A stretch of DNA of 64,000 bases from Clostridia bacterium (GTDB lineage Bacteria; Bacillota; Clostridia; Oscillospirales; Acutalibacteraceae), in contig JAUNIE010000001.1 in NCBI GenBank assembly GCA_030523605.1, forward strand, positions 8,632-72,631. Direction: 5' to 3'. This document shows, one piece after another, positions 35,833-46,654 of the stretch (position 1 is the first letter of the stretch; each line of letters starts with the position of its first letter). The translations under genes were made by a program, and so were the position numbers. The notes under the pieces are model-generated. The model was not told the DNA's origin. It made no database searches and saw only the letters and a program-made list of their open reading frames with translations.

Positions 35833-37101
35833 ATGTTAGATATTAAATTTATTAAAGCAAATACCGAAAAAGTCAAGAAGGCCATGAAAGACCGCCAAAA
35901 AGACATGGATAATATAATAGATGAAATACTTGATTTGGATAAAAAAAGGCATGAAATAATAATTGAATCTGAATCTATGAAATGTGAGCAAAACGCTGTA
36001 AATAAAAGAATTCCAGCTATGAAAAAAGCAGGAGAGGATACAACAGAGCTCTTTGCCAAAATGAAAGAAATTTCTGTGAAAATTAGTCAAAAAAATAAAG
36101 AACTCAGCGACGTTGAAACTAAGCAAAGGGAACTTTTATTAAGTGTTCCTAATGTTCCTAATGATGCCGTTCCTTATGGAAAGGATGACAGTGAAAATCC
36201 TGAAATCAGACATTGGGGCGAGCCGAGAAAATTTAATTTTGAGGCTAAACCACACTGGGAAATCGGTAAAGATTTAAATATTTTAGACCCGGAACGTGCG
36301 GCAAAAGTGACGGGTACCAGGTTCCATTTTTATAAAGGTTTAGGCGCCAGACTCGAAAGGGCTGTAATTAATTTCTTTTTAAATACGCACACAAGTAACG
36401 GCTATACAGAAGTATTTCCGCCGTTTATGGCAAACACGGCATCACTTTACGGCACGGGGCAATTACCAAAATTTGATAATGGATTCAAGGTGGAAGGAAC
36501 GGACTATTATCTCATTCCCACGGCCGAGGTTCCCGTAACGAATTTCCATAGAGATGAAATTTTAAATGGCTCCGATTTACCTATTAAATATTGCGCATAT
36601 TCAGCGTGCTTTAGGTCTGAAGCGGGTTCGGCGGGGAGAGATACGAGAGGACTTATCAGGCAACATCAGTTTAATAAAGTGGAGCTTGTAAAATTTGTAA
36701 AGCCTGAAAACTCTTATGATGAGCTGGAAAAATTGACAAACGATGCAGAAAAGCTGCTACAACTACTGAAAATTCCTTATAGAGTGGTTATTTTGTGTAC
36801 GGGAGATATTACTTTCTGCTCCGCCAAAACGTATGATATAGAGGTTTGGATGCCTTCTTATGGCAAGTATGTTGAGATTTCTTCGTGTTCAAATTTTGAG
36901 GATTATCAAGCAAGGCGTTCGCAAATAAGGTATAAAGAAAATCCGAAAGATAAGGCAAAACTTGTGCATACTTTAAACGGTTCGGGTCTTGCCGTCGGAA
37001 GAACGGTCGCCGCTATTTTGGAAAATTATCAAAATGCAGATGGTAGCGTCACAGTCCCTGAGGTTTTACGTGAATATATGGGTACGGATGTTATAAAATA
37101 G
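35833..37101 (+). CDS. serS: Serine--tRNA ligase
   Basis: [42 protein letters not shown] and [13 protein letters not shown] at 35833 after GGGAGGGG. Confidence 0.95.
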   Translation: MLDIKFIKANTEKVKKAMKDRQKDMDNIIDEILDLDKKRHEIIIESESMKCEQNAVNKRIPAMKKAGEDTTELFAKMKEISVKISQKNKELSDVETKQRELLLSVPNVPNDAVPYGKDDSENPEIRHWGEPRKFNFEAKPHWEIGKDLNILDPERAAKVTGTRFHFYKGLGARLERAVINFFLNTHTSNGYTEVFPPFMANTASLYGTGQLPKFDNGFKVEGTDYYLIPTAEVPVTNFHRDEILNGSDLPIKYCAYSACFRSEAGSAGRDTRGLIRQHQFNKVELVKFVKPENSYDELEKLTNDAEKLLQLLKIPYRVVILCTGDITFCSAKTYDIEVWMPSYGKYVEISSCSNFEDYQARRSQIRYKENPKDKAKLVHTLNGSGLAVGRTVAAILENYQNADGSVTVPEVLREYMGTDVIK

Positions 37102-37120
37102 AATATGAAATAAAAAAATT

Positions 37121-37150
37121 CCCCCGGTCCTGCATGACTGGGGGTTAATT
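37121..37150. terminator. Bidirectional terminator between serS and the convergent gene
   Basis: 9-bp stem CCCCCGGTC / GACTGGGGG (one G-U pair), with A7 upstream and T-rich sequence downstream. Confidence 0.7.
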
Positions 37151-37157
37151 AATTTGT

Positions 37158-37511
37158 TTAATAATAAACTACGGGATAATGACGTCCGCCCCAAATATAA
37201 TAGGATTGACCATTTGGTTGGCGCACTATGTTGCAGTGTTGACCATTGTATACCACATATTCATATGCATATCCTTGTGGTAATCTTACTGTTTCGCCAT
37301 GGGTATGTATTATGCGTGGTCCGGTTGGCACCTTATACGCCGGAACACCTGGTATCGGAGCAACCGGTGCCTTTACCACTACTACCCTTTTAGGCGGTGT
37401 TTGCGGGGTTGCCTCGGGACACAAAACGGCTACAGCTACCGCTCCTGCGAAGCATAACCCTATTGTAGTTGCCGTTACTACTGTTGCTGCTATTTCTCCT
37501 GCTTTTGACAT
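37158..37511 (-). CDS. Hypothetical single-pass membrane protein (Pro-rich linker, Tyr/Gly-rich C-domain)
   Basis: MSKAGEIAATVVTATTIGLCFAGAVAVAVL. RBS GAAAGGA. The N-terminus and 5' UTR are paralogous to the neighbouring gene. Confidence 0.6.
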   Translation of the reverse strand: MSKAGEIAATVVTATTIGLCFAGAVAVAVLCPEATPQTPPKRVVVVKAPVAPIPGVPAYKVPTGPRIIHTHGETVRLPQGYAYEYVVYNGQHCNIVRQPNGQSYYIWGGRHYPVVYY

Positions 37512-37604
37512 TTAAATCATCCTTTCGGTTTCTATATAATCCCATTGTAACACAAAATTAAATCAATGTCAACAAAAATAATTTATTTTTGCATAGTAAA
37601 CGAT

Positions 37605-38267
37605 TTAAATCCAGTAAACTATGAGCGTAGGTGTGTCATTGTCACCAACTTTGTCACCGACAACTAAAGCACATGTGTTACCGTCGCTGTGAAGGAGATT
37701 ACGAGGCTCTTTGTCGCCTTTAAACTGTATATACTGTGCAGTTTTTCTCCAATCTTTCGGAGTAACACCAAATTTCCTTTTTATCTTAAAATCTTCCGTG
37801 GGGCACGGAATGTCAACATGCAGCACTTTGCTTTTTTTATCTATAGTCGCTCTTAGAGTTTTTAACTCGGATAATGGCTTTTTCTTTTTTGGCTCTTTTG
37901 GCTCTACGGGTGTTTGTTTTGCTGGTGATTTTTTTTGGCATATAACTTGAGTTTGTTTTTGTGAAACAAATTTTGAAGTAAATTTAGGATCTGGTTTATC
38001 CGGGTGGATTATCATACTTCCTGTTTCATTAGTAGTTGTTTCGCTTTTTGGCGCAGATGTATCATCCGTATCTGAACTTTCGGTTGGGATTTCTTTTTCT
38101 TCACTTTTTGATACTACTTCTTGGGTTTGGGGTTTTTCTGTGATTTTCTCAGTTTTTTGTTTATAGTCTAACGGATAAAAATATACAAATGTTGCAGCTC
38201 CTCCCAGTAAAGCTGCTGTCACGACCGCAGATGTCAAACCTACAAATATTTCTCCTTTTTTAGACAT
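37605..38267 (-). CDS. Hypothetical single-pass membrane protein (Ser/Thr/Glu/Lys-rich linker)
   Basis: MSKKGEIFVGLTSAVVTAALLGGAATFVYF. Same 5' module as 37158-37511. Confidence 0.6.
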   Translation of the reverse strand: MSKKGEIFVGLTSAVVTAALLGGAATFVYFYPLDYKQKTEKITEKPQTQEVVSKSEEKEIPTESSDTDDTSAPKSETTTNETGSMIIHPDKPDPKFTSKFVSQKQTQVICQKKSPAKQTPVEPKEPKKKKPLSELKTLRATIDKKSKVLHVDIPCPTEDFKIKRKFGVTPKDWRKTAQYIQFKGDKEPRNLLHSDGNTCALVVGDKVGDNDTPTLIVYWI

Positions 38268-38436
38268 TTAAATCATACCTTTCAATATATTAATGAAATT
38301 ATTATAACGAAATTTTAAAATAAAGTCAAGAAATAATGAATATTTTTTCTATTTGGTAAATTTTTAGAAATGCATTATAATAAATTGTCTGATAAAATAA
38401 ATAAAGAGGAAGTGAAAGCGAATTTTCGCAAAATTT

Positions 38437-39273
38437 ATGCTAAGTATTGGATGTCATTTATCATCGTCTTTGGGCTATGAATCCATGGCGAAGACGGCGA
38501 TTTCAATCGGAGCAAACACGTTTCAGTACTTTACTAGAAATCCCAGAGGCGGCGCTGCCAAGGCGATTAAAGATGAAGATATTAAAGCGTACTTGAAGTT
38601 GGCAGATGAAAACAATTTTGCCAAAGTTGTGGCTCATGCGCCGTATACAATGAATTTGTGTTCTGCTGCCGAACATATAAGAGAGTTTTCTAAAAACATG
38701 TTTAAAGATGATATTATGCGTGCGGAACTAATACCCGAGAGCTACTATAATTTTCATCCTGGCAGCCACACTGGGCAAGGCACAGACGTAGGTATATCGC
38801 TAATTTGTGAGGCTTTGAACGAAACTTTAAAAGAAAGCCAAAAAACTATAGTTTTGCTCGAAACTATGGCCGGCAAAGGCAGTGAAATCGGTGGGAAGTT
38901 TGAAGAAATCGCAAAAATAAGAGAAAATGTAGAGTTAAAGGACAAAGTCGGAGTTTGTCTGGATACGTGCCACGTTTTTGATGGTGGATATAATATAGTC
39001 GGAAATTTGGAAGGTGTTTTGGAGGAATTTGATAGGATAATCGGCATTGAAAATCTCAAAGCCGTACACATAAACGACAGCAAAAATCCGATTGGAAGCC
39101 ACAAAGACCGCCATGAAAAGATAGGTGAGGGTCATATCGGAATTGATGCCATGAAAAATATAGTTAATAATAAACATCTTAAAAATCTTCCGTTTATTTT
39201 GGAAACTCCACATGATGATATTCAAGGGTATGCCGAAGAAATAAAGATGTTGAGGAATTTGTATGAAGAGTGA
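38437..39273 (+). CDS. nfo: Deoxyribonuclease IV (endonuclease IV)
   Basis: MLSIGCHLS..., AHAPYTMNL, FHPGSH, CLDTCH, HINDSKNPIGSHKDRHEKIGEG and ILETP. Confidence 0.92.
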   Translation: MLSIGCHLSSSLGYESMAKTAISIGANTFQYFTRNPRGGAAKAIKDEDIKAYLKLADENNFAKVVAHAPYTMNLCSAAEHIREFSKNMFKDDIMRAELIPESYYNFHPGSHTGQGTDVGISLICEALNETLKESQKTIVLLETMAGKGSEIGGKFEEIAKIRENVELKDKVGVCLDTCHVFDGGYNIVGNLEGVLEEFDRIIGIENLKAVHINDSKNPIGSHKDRHEKIGEGHIGIDAMKNIVNNKHLKNLPFILETPHDDIQGYAEEIKMLRNLYEE

Positions 39274-42200
39274 AACAGAGACCGAAAATGCTTTAGATTA
39301 CGAATATAAATGCGGAAAACTCAGTGAAGTAGTCATAATTTCGCTGCGGTCTTTTTTGAGTAAAATCAAGAAAAACGGACTTAAAAAAATGATAGAGACA
39401 TTTTTGCCGGGCGTAAATTTAGATGAGTTTGTTTTGCAAAAGATAAGAAATCAGATGCAAAAACGACGTGCCATTGAGCTAAAAAAAGGACTCGGGAGAA
39501 TTGATATTCAGTACCGCAGAAATGGCATTCAGATTGAGCCTGCAGGTTTTTTGCGTACGTTTATAAAGTGCATCACAATAACCGATGCTCAAATTATTCG
39601 TTCGTTTAATAATATAATTTTTCAAGTTGAAGAGTGCTATATTTACGATGATAATTACATAATCAGTAAGATTGATGAAATTATTTTTGAGCTTTCGAAA
39701 ACGGGAATTTATACGCCGAAAAACTCCGAGGAAAAGACGCTTTATGACTTTGCTATGCTCATAATAGCCAATTATTTTCAGGATAAAAACGACGTGCCGA
39801 AATGGATTTCGCCTGCGTTGAAGTCGCTTGAAAGCAGTGATTTTATTGAAAAATGGATTGAATTTCTAACCGAACACGTTTCAGAAATTATCGCACAGGT
39901 TAGCGAAAATATATTCTTTGATTTCAAATTTACGTTCGATTCTTTTTGGATTCGTACTTTTCTCAACAAAAAAACAAATAAAGGTCAGCTTTCCGAGCTT
40001 ATTAAAATGTTTGGTATTGATATAAAATCTATAATTGAAGGTTTTGCAAAAAGCTACGTGAGCCCGAGTTTTCTGCGTGGCGCCAGGGATATCATAAGCG
40101 ATATAGCTTGCGGACTTCTGAGTAATACGAGCGCCGCAAAAAATGGTCCTTTAATAATCGGTGGTGATCAGATACCTGACGGTGCATTTGATATAACAGT
40201 TTCGTTTGGCGTGAATGCGATGAACTCCAGAGCTTTTAGGTGGTACACCAAAGAAGATAAACAATGTACTTTTGAGTACTCATACGACGCAAATTTTAGC
40301 GAGTCATACTTTGCGCCTGTAGAGAGCGTCGGAGCTGCAAGGACGTTCCCGAACATTAATTTGGGACTGGTTTCGAGCTATCATGTTCAGAATTTAACAA
40401 AACATTCCGTAAATGTTGAAAACTTAAAAAGTGGCATATTTTATTATCATATTATTTGCGAAAATGACGTTTCAAAAACGTATAAACTTAGGATTAATGG
40501 AGAAAGTTCGAAGAGCAAATTTTTAGTTTTTGCGGATTCGCAGGGCATGGTCCAATCGGATTACGAAAGCTTTGAAAGTCTTACGAATAAAGCTGCGGGA
40601 AACAACCAAGATGCCGATTTTATGGTACATTTGGGCGATTTTGTGGATGACGGCAACAATGAGGATTACTGGAAATGGGTTCTTTCGGGCGATGTCTGGA
40701 AAGAAAACGCTTTTTTGGCACTCAGCGGTAATCACGAGGCACGCAGGAACGTCGTTGCACACGGTGCAAACGTTGGGAATTCGGTGTTGGGGCATTTTAA
40801 TTTGCCTGTTACAAAGGAGCAAAGCAAAGATTTAGGTGCATATTATAGTGTGGATTACAAAAATATGACTATTATCGCTCTAAATACCAATACAGGCGGA
40901 GAAGTTGGGCTTGATGATAAACAGTATAGATGGGCTATCGAAACGGCGAAAAAATCGAAATCCAAGTGGAAAATTTTGCTTACTCATAAATCTCTGTACT
41001 CCAACGGCCCGCACCACAAAGACCCCGATGTAAAGTTGATCGGCAAGCAGATTGACGACATAGCATACTATGGCGGTATAGATTTGGTAATCGGCGGGCA
41101 TGACCATGTTTATGCTCGGACGCCCGTGCTTGCTCAAGGATGTGTTAATTCGGCGCAAAGCGAAGCATGCATTTTAGGAGACAGAAAATATAAATCATAC
41201 ATTAACCCTAAAGGCACAATATTTGTTGTTCCAGGTACTTCGGGAGTCAAAAACTACAAGCAGCATTTTCCTGCAGGATTCCCCTCTGAAAAGCTCCTAG
41301 ATTTGCATTTACCTGTTTATTCTGAGGTTTCTGTGAGTGATGACGGACTTTATTTTGATGCGTATTCGTTCGACGAAAAAACAGATAAATTTACCAGAGT
41401 GGATTCTTTCGGAATAATCAAAAGAGCCGAAAATGAAGAGATTTTGAGCGCAAAATCGGTGGACGCCATGATTGAGGCTGTTCCTGATATTCCCTGGAAG
41501 GACCATGAAAAAGCCATTTTGGAAATTCAGCAAAAGTATTCTTTAATGGATTATTCGGAAAAGCTCAAGCTTGAGAATTATACTAAATTTTTGAATCTTT
41601 TGGCTGTAAACAGGCATTATAAAAACATCACACAGAGTAAGATAGCGGTTGTGCGGACTTTAAAAGAGTTTTTGGCGGCTGTAGAAGACGAAAAAATTGG
41701 TACGATTATAACGGATTGCAGCGAAATAAGCTTTGAGAGCGCTGTCCGGTTTGCAAGGAAGATATACATAAAGCGTTCGCTGTGCATTGCGGGCGATGCC
41801 AAGCTTTCGCACGTTAGATTTGTTATTTGCGAGGACTCTTGTGTCATGCTTAAAGGCAGTGTGTGCGTTGATAATACCCGAAAACCGTTTTCGGTTTTTC
41901 CCGCTTATGATGCCTTTGAAATGTATGATAATTCTATATTTATACTTAGTGAAAACGCCAGTGTAAATAATGGATATGGAATAGGAAAACAAGGATACGG
42001 CATAAACGTAAAGGGCGAAAACGCTACGGTATATTTGAGCACATCGGGCCATAATTTTGCGAGAAACGGATTTGTTTTTTCTCCAAACAGCACTTCATCT
42101 GTGAAAATAAATTCGGGCAAATATATTTCATGCAGTCGTAAGTATAGCTTGAATGTAAATGGTGATACTAGATTAAGCGGAGGTTTTGTGCGCAGTATAG

Positions 42201-42427
42201 AGCTGGGCGAAGATGGTAGGCTCTGTATGATAGGCGGCACAGTCGGTGATAATCAAAGAAAATCACTTACGTATCCTATCAAAATACAAGGGAAAGCGGA
42301 TATATTTTCGGGTACGATTAATTCTCACGGAGGCGTTTCGATATGTCTTGAAGAAGGTTCGGGTATAACTCTGGACAAAAAACACGATAATACTATTGAT
42401 ATAAAGGGGAAAGTTTTATATAATTAA
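39263..42427 (+). CDS. Large multidomain metallophosphoesterase (purple-acid-phosphatase-like core; unknown N-domain; repetitive C-terminal region)
   Basis: 1054 aa. Metal-ligand blocks FADSQG, HLGDFVDDGNNEDYW, SGNHE, LLTHKSLY and GGHDHVYAR. No signal peptide. Overlaps nfo by 11 nt. Confidence 0.8.
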   Translation: MKSETETENALDYEYKCGKLSEVVIISLRSFLSKIKKNGLKKMIETFLPGVNLDEFVLQKIRNQMQKRRAIELKKGLGRIDIQYRRNGIQIEPAGFLRTFIKCITITDAQIIRSFNNIIFQVEECYIYDDNYIISKIDEIIFELSKTGIYTPKNSEEKTLYDFAMLIIANYFQDKNDVPKWISPALKSLESSDFIEKWIEFLTEHVSEIIAQVSENIFFDFKFTFDSFWIRTFLNKKTNKGQLSELIKMFGIDIKSIIEGFAKSYVSPSFLRGARDIISDIACGLLSNTSAAKNGPLIIGGDQIPDGAFDITVSFGVNAMNSRAFRWYTKEDKQCTFEYSYDANFSESYFAPVESVGAARTFPNINLGLVSSYHVQNLTKHSVNVENLKSGIFYYHIICENDVSKTYKLRINGESSKSKFLVFADSQGMVQSDYESFESLTNKAAGNNQDADFMVHLGDFVDDGNNEDYWKWVLSGDVWKENAFLALSGNHEARRNVVAHGANVGNSVLGHFNLPVTKEQSKDLGAYYSVDYKNMTIIALNTNTGGEVGLDDKQYRWAIETAKKSKSKWKILLTHKSLYSNGPHHKDPDVKLIGKQIDDIAYYGGIDLVIGGHDHVYARTPVLAQGCVNSAQSEACILGDRKYKSYINPKGTIFVVPGTSGVKNYKQHFPAGFPSEKLLDLHLPVYSEVSVSDDGLYFDAYSFDEKTDKFTRVDSFGIIKRAENEEILSAKSVDAMIEAVPDIPWKDHEKAILEIQQKYSLMDYSEKLKLENYTKFLNLLAVNRHYKNITQSKIAVVRTLKEFLAAVEDEKIGTIITDCSEISFESAVRFARKIYIKRSLCIAGDAKLSHVRFVICEDSCVMLKGSVCVDNTRKPFSVFPAYDAFEMYDNSIFILSENASVNNGYGIGKQGYGINVKGENATVYLSTSGHNFARNGFVFSPNSTSSVKINSGKYISCSRKYSLNVNGDTRLSGGFVRSIELGEDGRLCMIGGTVGDNQRKSLTYPIKIQGKADIFSGTINSHGGVSICLEEGSGITLDKKHDNTIDIKGKVLYN

Positions 42428-42486
42428 CTATATAAAGTAGTGGGAGGTTATCAGGTTTTTGATTAATGGAAAACCGAAAATAGCAT

Positions 42487-43404
42487 ATGCAAAAATATAA
42501 ACATCTTGCGGAAAAAGACGAGAAAAGATTAAAACTTTTCAGAAAGTCCCGAAAAGTCGCAAAAAACGGTATGAAAAAGTCGCTGATAATTTGTGGATTG
42601 CTGCTTGTGCTCGGAGTAGGGGCGATAGCGTTCTATAAAGTGCTTGATAACGGCGATTCTTCCGAGGTCAGCGCCGTGTGCGACGCTTCAAGTGATAAGA
42701 AAGAAAAAGTAGACGACGAAACAAATTTAAATGCTCTTGACCAGAAAGAATTGGAGAGAGAGTCGGCAAAAACCGAGTCAATAGAGGCAGATGAAAATAA
42801 TGCGGAAAATGTAGGTACGGCGTGCGGGGATTTTGCGGATTGGAACAAAAAATGTTCGGCGGAAATGATAGTTGTAAACAAGGATAATTTTTTACCAAAC
42901 GGATACCAGCCGAAAATCAAGAGCTGCCGAGGCAAAGAGATTGCAGATGTTGCGTTTGATGACCTGAATAAAATGATAGACGATGCAAAAAAAGACGGAA
43001 TTAAACTCTGGATTTCGTCGGGTTACAGAAGCACCGAACTTCAAACAAAGCTTTTTAATCGTCAGATTGAAAAAGAAAAATCTAAAGCTGTAATTTCGCA
43101 AGAAGAGGCGGAAAAAAGAGCTGCAATGGTAGTTGCAAGGCCCGGAACCAGTGAGCATAACACAGGGTTGGCAGTGGATTTCAACGGGGTTTCGGATAAT
43201 TTCTATACCACAAAAGAATATGAGTGGCTCATGAAAAACGCTCATAAATACGGATTTATTGAGCGCTACCAAAAAAAGTGGAAAGAAAGAACCGGAGTTA
43301 TATATGAACCCTGGCATTTTAGATATGTGGGCAAGGATAACGCAGAAAAAATCAAAAACAGCGGTCTTTGCTTGGAAGAATATGTTTCGAGAAATTTAAA
43401 GTAG
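42487..43404 (+). CDS. D-alanyl-D-alanine carboxypeptidase, VanY/peptidase M15B family, membrane-anchored
   Basis: TM segment SLIICGLLLVLGVGAIAFY. SGYRSTELQ, ARPGTSEHNTGLAVDF and EPWHFRYVG. Confidence 0.88.
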   Translation: MQKYKHLAEKDEKRLKLFRKSRKVAKNGMKKSLIICGLLLVLGVGAIAFYKVLDNGDSSEVSAVCDASSDKKEKVDDETNLNALDQKELERESAKTESIEADENNAENVGTACGDFADWNKKCSAEMIVVNKDNFLPNGYQPKIKSCRGKEIADVAFDDLNKMIDDAKKDGIKLWISSGYRSTELQTKLFNRQIEKEKSKAVISQEEAEKRAAMVVARPGTSEHNTGLAVDFNGVSDNFYTTKEYEWLMKNAHKYGFIERYQKKWKERTGVIYEPWHFRYVGKDNAEKIKNSGLCLEEYVSRNLK

Positions 43405-43420
43405 ACGGGAAGAAAAATTT

Positions 43421-44869
43421 ATGAATAAAGTCAGAACGAGGTTTGCGCCGAGTCCTACGGGATATATGCATATAGGCAATTTGCGTACGGCGCTTTATGA
43501 ATATTTGATTGCGAAATCACAAGGCGGAGATTTTATCTTAAGAATAGAAGATACCGACCGTTCAAGGTACGTAGAGGGTGCTGAAGAAGTTATATATAAT
43601 ACGCTTAAATCGGTAGGCTTAAAGCATGATGAAGGCCCCGATATCGGCGGAGATTATGGGCCGTATATTCAAAGTGAGCGTAAGGGCGGATATTTATCAT
43701 ACGCCAAAAAGCTTGTTGAAAGCGGCGACGCATACTACTGTTTTTGTGAGAAATCCGAAAGCGACGAGGGACATTTGGAGTCGGGTCATAAAGACGTTTG
43801 CAGAAATCTCAGCGAAAGCGAAATCCAGGCAAATTTAAAGGCCGGTAAACCGTATGTAATAAGGCAAAAAACGCCTGAAAACGGCACTGTAAAATTTGAT
43901 GATCTGGTTTTTGGCGAGGTCAAAATCGACAGTAAAGAAATCGAAGACCAAATTTTAATAAAAAGCGACGGATATCCGACATATAATTTTGCAAATGTAA
44001 TCGATGACCACGAGATGCATATAACGCATGTGGTTCGTGGCTGTGAATATCTTTCATCGACGCCGAAATATAATCTTTTATACGAAGCGTTCGGCTGGGA
44101 AAAACCGATATACATACATCTTCCTCTTATTATGGGTCAAAACGAGGACGGCAGTGTTTCAAAGCTTTCGAAAAGGCACGGAGCTGTGAGTTTTGAAGAC
44201 CTCATCAAGATGGGATACTTGCCCGAGGCGATAATAAATTATATAGCATTTTTGGGTTGGTGTCCCGAGAGCAATCGTGAGATTTTCACTTTACATGAAC
44301 TGGAGAATGAGTTTTCGCCTGAAAGAATAAGCAAATCTCCCGCAGTTTTCGACTATAAAAAACTTGACTGGTTCAACGCCGAATATATAAAATCCAAGTC
44401 TGCGGAGGAATTCTTAAAACTCGCAGAGCCATATATAAAATCCGCTCTGGTTGATGTGGAACTTAGCACGGTAAAAATTTCCGAGCTTCTTCAGAGCAGA
44501 ATTTCAAAGCTTAGCGAAATACCCGATTTAATTGATTTTTTTGGCAAGTTGCCTGATTATGATACCGAACTTTTTGTTAATAAAAAAAGCAAGACGAATA
44601 AAGAAATTTCGGTGGATGTTTTGCAAAAAATCAAAACTGAACTTGCTGAGTTAAAATTGTGGGATTATAACTCAATCCATGACCTACTCATTGAGTACGC
44701 AAAGAAAAACGAACTTAAAAACGGTACGGTAATGTGGCCGGTGAGGATAGCTGTTTCTGGCAAGGCGATGACTCCTGGCGGTGCGATAGAGATTTTGGAT
44801 ATACTCGGGCGTGAAGAAGCTTTAAACCGTATAGACAAGGCGATTAATTTACTGAAAGGAGAAAACTGA
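43421..44869 (+). CDS. gltX: Glutamate--tRNA ligase
   Basis: [19 protein letters not shown] (HIGH) and KLSKRHG (KMSKS). Confidence 0.95.
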   Translation: MNKVRTRFAPSPTGYMHIGNLRTALYEYLIAKSQGGDFILRIEDTDRSRYVEGAEEVIYNTLKSVGLKHDEGPDIGGDYGPYIQSERKGGYLSYAKKLVESGDAYYCFCEKSESDEGHLESGHKDVCRNLSESEIQANLKAGKPYVIRQKTPENGTVKFDDLVFGEVKIDSKEIEDQILIKSDGYPTYNFANVIDDHEMHITHVVRGCEYLSSTPKYNLLYEAFGWEKPIYIHLPLIMGQNEDGSVSKLSKRHGAVSFEDLIKMGYLPEAIINYIAFLGWCPESNREIFTLHELENEFSPERISKSPAVFDYKKLDWFNAEYIKSKSAEEFLKLAEPYIKSALVDVELSTVKISELLQSRISKLSEIPDLIDFFGKLPDYDTELFVNKKSKTNKEISVDVLQKIKTELAELKLWDYNSIHDLLIEYAKKNELKNGTVMWPVRIAVSGKAMTPGGAIEILDILGREEALNRIDKAINLLKGEN

Positions 44870-44871
44870 TT

Positions 44872-46560
44872 ATGGAGAACGCAGAAGACCTGGCCAAAAC
44901 CGAAGAAGAAACAGGTAATTTTGTATTTGAAGAGATAAAAAAGGAGATTTCGGAAGGCGGTAGAGTTGCGGGCTGTGAGGTGCATACCAGATTTCCTCCC
45001 GAACCCAACGGATATCTTCATATAGGCCACGCAAAAGCGATATGTATAGATTTTGGTGCGGCTAAAAAATTTGGCGGAAAGTGTAATTTGCGTATGGACG
45101 ATACAAATCCATCGAAAGAAGATGTAGAGTATGTCGATTCTATCAAAGAAGACGTAAAATGGCTCGGTTTTGACTGGGAGGATAGATTCCACTATGCGTC
45201 GGATTATTTTGATATAATGTTTGAAAATGCGTGTAAGCTTATTGAAAAAGGACTTGCATATGTTTGTGAGCTTACACCCGAAGAGGTTAAGAAAAATAGG
45301 GGCGATGCCAAAACACCGGCTGTCAGTCCGTATCGAGACAGACCTATTTCGGAAAGCATGGATTTGTTTAAGCGCATGAAAGACGGTGAATTTCCTGACG
45401 GTAAAATGACGCTCAGAGCAAAAATAGACCTTAGTTCAGGGAATTTTAATATGCGTGACCCCGTTATTTATAGAATAAACCATGCGCATCATCATAGGAC
45501 GGGCGACAAATGGTGTATTTATCCGATGTACGATTATGCTCACCCCATTGAAGATATTGTTGAAGGCATAACACATTCACTTTGTACGCTGGAGTTTGAA
45601 GACCACAGACCGCTCTATGACTGGGTTGTAAATAATTTTGATTGTAGTGTAAAGCCTCGCCAGATTGAGTTTGCGAGACTTAATATAAATAATACAGTTA
45701 TGAGTAAGCGTAAGCTAAGAAAGCTCGTCGAAGAGGGTTATGTTGACGGTTGGGACGACCCAAGACTCCCTACGATTGGGGGGCTAAGGCGCCGTGGATA
45801 TACTCCCGCTTCGATTAGAAATTTTTGCGATAGAATAGGTGTTTCAAAGGTTATCAGTACGGTTGAGTATTCGTTTTTGGAGCATTGCCTGAGAGATGAC
45901 CTCAATTTGACGGCTACTCGTGCAATGGCCGTGCTTGACCCTGTTAAACTGGTGATTACCAATTATCCCGAAGGTAAGACCGAAGAACTTGAAATAGAAA
46001 ACAACCCGAACGATGAGTCGGCAGGTACGAGAAAAATCACGTTTTCGAGAGAGGTATATATCGAGCGTGATGATTTTATGGAAGAACCTCCAAAAAAGTA
46101 TTTTCGTTTGTTTGTTGGGAACGAGGTCAGATTAAAATCGGCGTATGTTGTGAAGTGTACGGGATTTAAAAAAGATGAAAACGGCAATATTACTGAAGTT
46201 TATGCCGAATACGACCCCGATTCAAAGGGCGGAAATCCGAAAGACGGTCGTAAGATTAAAGGCACTATACACTGGGTTGATGTCAATACCGCTGTCAATG
46301 CCACGATTAACCTGTACGATAATCTTTTTATGAGCGAAAATCCCGATGCCGAAGAGGATTTTATGAGTGTTTTGAACCCCAAATCTTTGACGGTACTTAA
46401 AGATTGTAAGCTTGAAAGTGGGTTGAAAAGCGCCAAACTGGGAGATTCTTACCAATTTATGCGTAAAGGGTATTTTTGTTTGGATAAAAATAGTAGAGCA
46501 GACAAATTGATTTTTAATCGTAGTGTGGGGCTTAAGGATAGTTTCAAATCCAAAAAATAA
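44872..46560 (+). CDS. glnS: Glutamine--tRNA ligase
   Basis: [24 protein letters not shown] and [10 protein letters not shown]. Confidence 0.94.
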   Translation: MENAEDLAKTEEETGNFVFEEIKKEISEGGRVAGCEVHTRFPPEPNGYLHIGHAKAICIDFGAAKKFGGKCNLRMDDTNPSKEDVEYVDSIKEDVKWLGFDWEDRFHYASDYFDIMFENACKLIEKGLAYVCELTPEEVKKNRGDAKTPAVSPYRDRPISESMDLFKRMKDGEFPDGKMTLRAKIDLSSGNFNMRDPVIYRINHAHHHRTGDKWCIYPMYDYAHPIEDIVEGITHSLCTLEFEDHRPLYDWVVNNFDCSVKPRQIEFARLNINNTVMSKRKLRKLVEEGYVDGWDDPRLPTIGGLRRRGYTPASIRNFCDRIGVSKVISTVEYSFLEHCLRDDLNLTATRAMAVLDPVKLVITNYPEGKTEELEIENNPNDESAGTRKITFSREVYIERDDFMEEPPKKYFRLFVGNEVRLKSAYVVKCTGFKKDENGNITEVYAEYDPDSKGGNPKDGRKIKGTIHWVDVNTAVNATINLYDNLFMSENPDAEEDFMSVLNPKSLTVLKDCKLESGLKSAKLGDSYQFMRKGYFCLDKNSRADKLIFNRSVGLKDSFKSKK

Positions 46561-46654
46561 TACAATTTTCGACAAAACCAAAAGAATGTATTGACTACTA
46601 TGAACTGCATATGGTAAAATGTAATATATTTGTATTCAAATTTATTTAAAAAGA

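Noticed and set aside
35328-37101. T-box leaders upstream of serS, gltX or glnS
   Set aside because: There is no room. serS starts 4 nt after the preceding gene, gltX 16 nt after the VanY gene, and glnS 2 nt after gltX. No specifier or T-box sequence was seen.
37246-37515. 89-aa plus-strand ORF opposite 37158-37511
   Set aside because: The minus-strand ORF has the RBS, a TM helix and a paralogous neighbour. The plus-strand ORF is the GC-rich mirror frame.
44665-45192. 175-aa minus-strand ORF across the gltX-glnS junction
   Set aside because: Antisense to two aminoacyl-tRNA synthetase genes with intact HIGH/KMSKS motifs.
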